From the NCBI GenBank assembly GCA_010909165.1, contig VJWM01000282.1, forward strand, positions 1 through 64,000: a stretch of DNA of 64,000 nt, written 5' to 3'. The notes beneath the pieces were generated by a model, which saw only the letters and a list, made by a program, of their open reading frames with translations, was not told the origin of the DNA and did no database searches. The position numbers and the translations under genes are program-made. Shown here piece after piece: positions 60,761 to 64,000 of the stretch (position 1 is its first letter; the number at the start of each line of letters is the position of its first letter). This DNA is from Anthoceros angustus (Eukaryota > Plantae > Anthocerotophyta).

Positions 60761-63700
60761 TGTTGATCCTCAAGGTGGTATCATCCAATTCCAGCTTAGG
60801 CATATGGTTGTCCGGACGCGTGGGAGGCCTTCCATGCCTTGGGACTCGTCGGGTGAGCTCCGAGACAATGCCTCGATAGCATGGGGTTCTTCACGATGTA
60901 CATGCACTTGCGGCTCCACATCCTCTCCTGTACCTCTTCCGCATGAGATCCGGGTTCTTCCCAAACCACTTGCCTCGCACAACATCCGCCGAACAAGCCG
61001 TGAATGCCACCATGCTATTTGATTTTTCATCCGTCGCCTCATGTCAAGTGGTATCACGGCCACGTGTGTGAAATCTCCATCTCGCCATCGTGGCAGTAAA
61101 ATGCTTCGAGTGCGCGGATCTACCCCATTCTTGGGCGTGTGGCATCAGCCCCAAGCAAACGTCATAGTTCCTTGCGTTAGATACGGCGATGAACCGACAA
61201 TGGAGGCATCCTTGGTTCCGGCTTGAATTCTATGCGCGGCTCACGGTCATTCCCATTACTCGTTCCTTGGTTCCCGATGTGGTGATGTGGACATCACATG
61301 GCTTGAGCTTATCTCCGTCTGTTGTAGGGCTTTACATGCGCGCCCCAATACCGGTCCGCACCCGTGTCCACCAACACATGTTCGGAGCGAACCGTTGATC
61401 GTCACCTCTCGGCCTTGGTTTTTCACCATGGCAATGCCCCTTGCCCGCGGCTTTAGGTGTTCACCCATAAGCACATCCGGACACCTCGTCACGTCCTGTA
61501 GTCTCATACGCATCCGGGCCTTTAACGCTTGCCTCAATGGTTGTGTTTTGACCCGAGGTCACGCAAACTCATTACGCACGTCCATCACCTTCTCAAGCAT
61601 GAGCTCAAGACTAGGTGATTTCTCTTGAGACATACCTCGGGTCTTCTTCATCTTCTGAAGGATTTGGGCATCTTGAGTGATTCCTTTCCTCGGCCTTCTT
61701 TTTCGCACCTTCCCAAGTCAAGGCCAGCCGTTCATCCTCAAACGACCTCATGGTCATTAGTGCATACACCTCGGATCCGAATCATACTCCTCGGTGGTGA
61801 CAAGAACTTCCCGTGCTTACGCTCATGGCCAATTTTTCTTGCACTGTGCACCTCACCGAGGAGGCGCCTTGAGTGTACCCTCCTGCTGGTTTCGCTCACG
61901 GATATCCGTTCTACCGCCTTTTGGCTTGAGTTCGGGATGGGCTGCCAACACGCCGCTCAGTATGTCCGGTCTTGGCACACGTGCGACAACGCTCCTTTTC
62001 CCGTTCCCCCACTTGGTATTCACACTCGAAGCTTTGTGTGCCCCCGCAGCAAGGCATTCCACCGTTGCTTTAGTGGCGGCTGCGCTATTGGCCATATGTC
62101 CTTTGTTTGGGGAATTCCGCAGTATTCATCGAGTATGTTCCGTGTGGTTCTACCATGAAACCTTGGGTTATTCACGGCATCTTGTCCCTGACCAAATTGT
62201 GCTCCTCGGTGACTGGTCCGCATCGCCCTTCATGACCCTCGGCCATCTCATAGGCTTGTTCCATGTGTCTGCGTGCATCATATGCAAGAAATTGGCAATC
62301 ACCCTCCTTTGCCTTCCCGGGAGGCTATGTAGATCTGGGCGGCTTCGCGTGTCTTCACACGCGTGTCTTTTACCGCTTGCCTCAACCTCAAGTAAGCGGA
62401 TCGGAGAGGTTCGTTATGCTTGATGGTGAACTTGACTCTGAATCTTTTCTATGGGCGATCTGGAAACATGAATTTGGCGAACATCTCATCCACGGTATGT
62501 AATGGTGTCACTGTAGAACGGACGCCTCTTCCACCTCATCCACCTTCAACATCTTCTTGGCCATTCTTGCCTTGGCGAAGCGCATCTTGCAAGATCTGGT
62601 CCTTGCGGTCCGATAGCACGTTAACGCCTCTCCACGCAAGCGTGCTCATCTTCCTCAATGCCATCTCGGTGTAAACTCGGTTTGTACTTGAGCACCATCT
62701 CATCGATTGCCCACCTAAACTTCTCCTCAAAATCGCCCGACATGCGCCATGTCTGCCGATAAACACATCATTCTTGCTAGGCGCTATTTCATATTCCATT
62801 CGACTCCTACTCTCTTCAAATGCTATGGATCGGATGGGACTATGCTCCCTCTCAAAGCCGACCACTTGGCCTCTGGTGTGGTCTTGGGTGATGGGATGCG
62901 AGTTTCTGGGCCAGGAGTGATCTCGTTTGTCCACCAGGCAAAACACCATAACTTATCAATCCCTTCCTCTCGAGACTATGTATGGCATTCCATCAAAGTC
63001 GATATTGGTTCCCCTTACATCGATCCATGAGCCATGCCGGTTTGTCAATCACTTCATCCCACAACCTCGCCACAAATATCGGGCTCTATTTACGCTAAGG
63101 TAGCTAGGTGCAAAATGGACCACCCGCATAAAAGCACATCTGTAATCTACAGCACTCTCATTATGGTTCACCATCAACTTATCTGTGGTCCACCACTCTT
63201 CGTGGCGTGTTTGGATTCCCTTCAGCCCTCTTGGTTGGATGCCGTTGGCTTCGGTAGCGGATTCGATGTGCAAAATTCGTCCTTCAATCGGGCCTAAGCC
63301 CATCCACCGCACCTCCGGGCCGTGATTGTCAAAGGAACTCGCACCCTTCTTCATTGGGATTCGTATGGCTGCTGTAGAACAAACATCGACAATCCACCGC
63401 TGCGGATTGGAGCCTACTTTATCACGCCTAAATGCTTGGCGCCCTTCGCGATCCACGGGCACCGGTGCGCCGCCAGCGTCAAGAGGGCTGCCGTCCATGG
63501 CGCGCCATAATTCGCCGTGGCGCTGGCCGGTCGAGTCACCCGTTGCTTCACAGCGCGATTCACGGGCCTCGCGGTCACACATAGTTATCGGCGTGCTTGT
63601 GTGTGTGCATGCCTACGAGATGGGCATGCATGCCATGCTCATGCACATCCTAGCTAATCAACATGTCTACTCACAAGTTATCACATCAGGATGTCATGAC

Positions 63701-64000
63701 ACCCTCCTCAACTCGGCCCTTTCCAATTACGCGAGCCAGATAATTAGTCCAAGCTTCATGCACACGCCCGAATCGCATAGGGATTAGATAAGGCGGGCCC
63801 TTGATTCTCCAACGACCAACCACGGTCTGGGACAACCTTCGCCGCATCTGCATCTCGGATTCGGGTGAGGTAGTCCTCCTCGTGGAAGGAAGATTCCAAC
63901 CTCTCTTCATCTGAAAGGTGCCTGTGGGAATGTCTCCTCTGGTGACATAGTTCTGTAGTCTTTGCTTTCTTAGTATTTTACCATGTTCGGCTCCAAACTC

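Larger units (their letters stand above)
56750..63700 (-). mobile_element. Ty3/Gypsy retrotransposon encoding gag-PR-DNMT-RT-RH-INT-PHD (heavily frameshifted; LTRs not delimited)
   Basis: RT YIDDILVFS (~59100), RH LYTDWS, integrase LTDQGNEF / QVERLVQT / ALGYR, protease region 61250-61450, purine tract ~56753-56770. Confidence 0.88.

Overview
Eukaryotic nuclear DNA from a non-seed land plant, most likely a hornwort. This is inferred from PLS-class PPR genes ending in the DYW:KP/'GRP' deaminase variant linked to U-to-C organellar RNA editing; a fern or lycophyte is not excluded. The window is transposon-dense. It holds two LTR-bounded Copia elements with TSDs (5690-12249 minus, 45400-52590 plus), each nested in an older Copia, plus a further partial Copia, two related Gypsy elements, a CACTA end and a CRE-like non-LTR fragment. 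Host genes are two PPR-DYW:KP(GRP) genes (14225-17816 plus, 35759-40178 minus), a DYW:KP remnant, an intact PLS-E+ PPR gene and an intronless SPOUT1/C9orf114-like methyltransferase. Four observations stand out. (1) Both U-to-C editing candidates carry N-terminal OSB-type PDF ssDNA-binding motifs (one and two copies). (2) A Gypsy element encodes a DNMT3-like C5 methyltransferase between protease and RT plus a C-terminal PHD finger, and a sister copy lacks that block. (3) Next to it lies a degenerate beta-class N6/N4 DNA methyltransferase. (4) Two diverged Copia elements share a conserved antisense protein between pol and the PPT. Many frameshifts and several noisy tandem duplications look like long-read assembly error, so intactness cannot be judged from this sequence alone.
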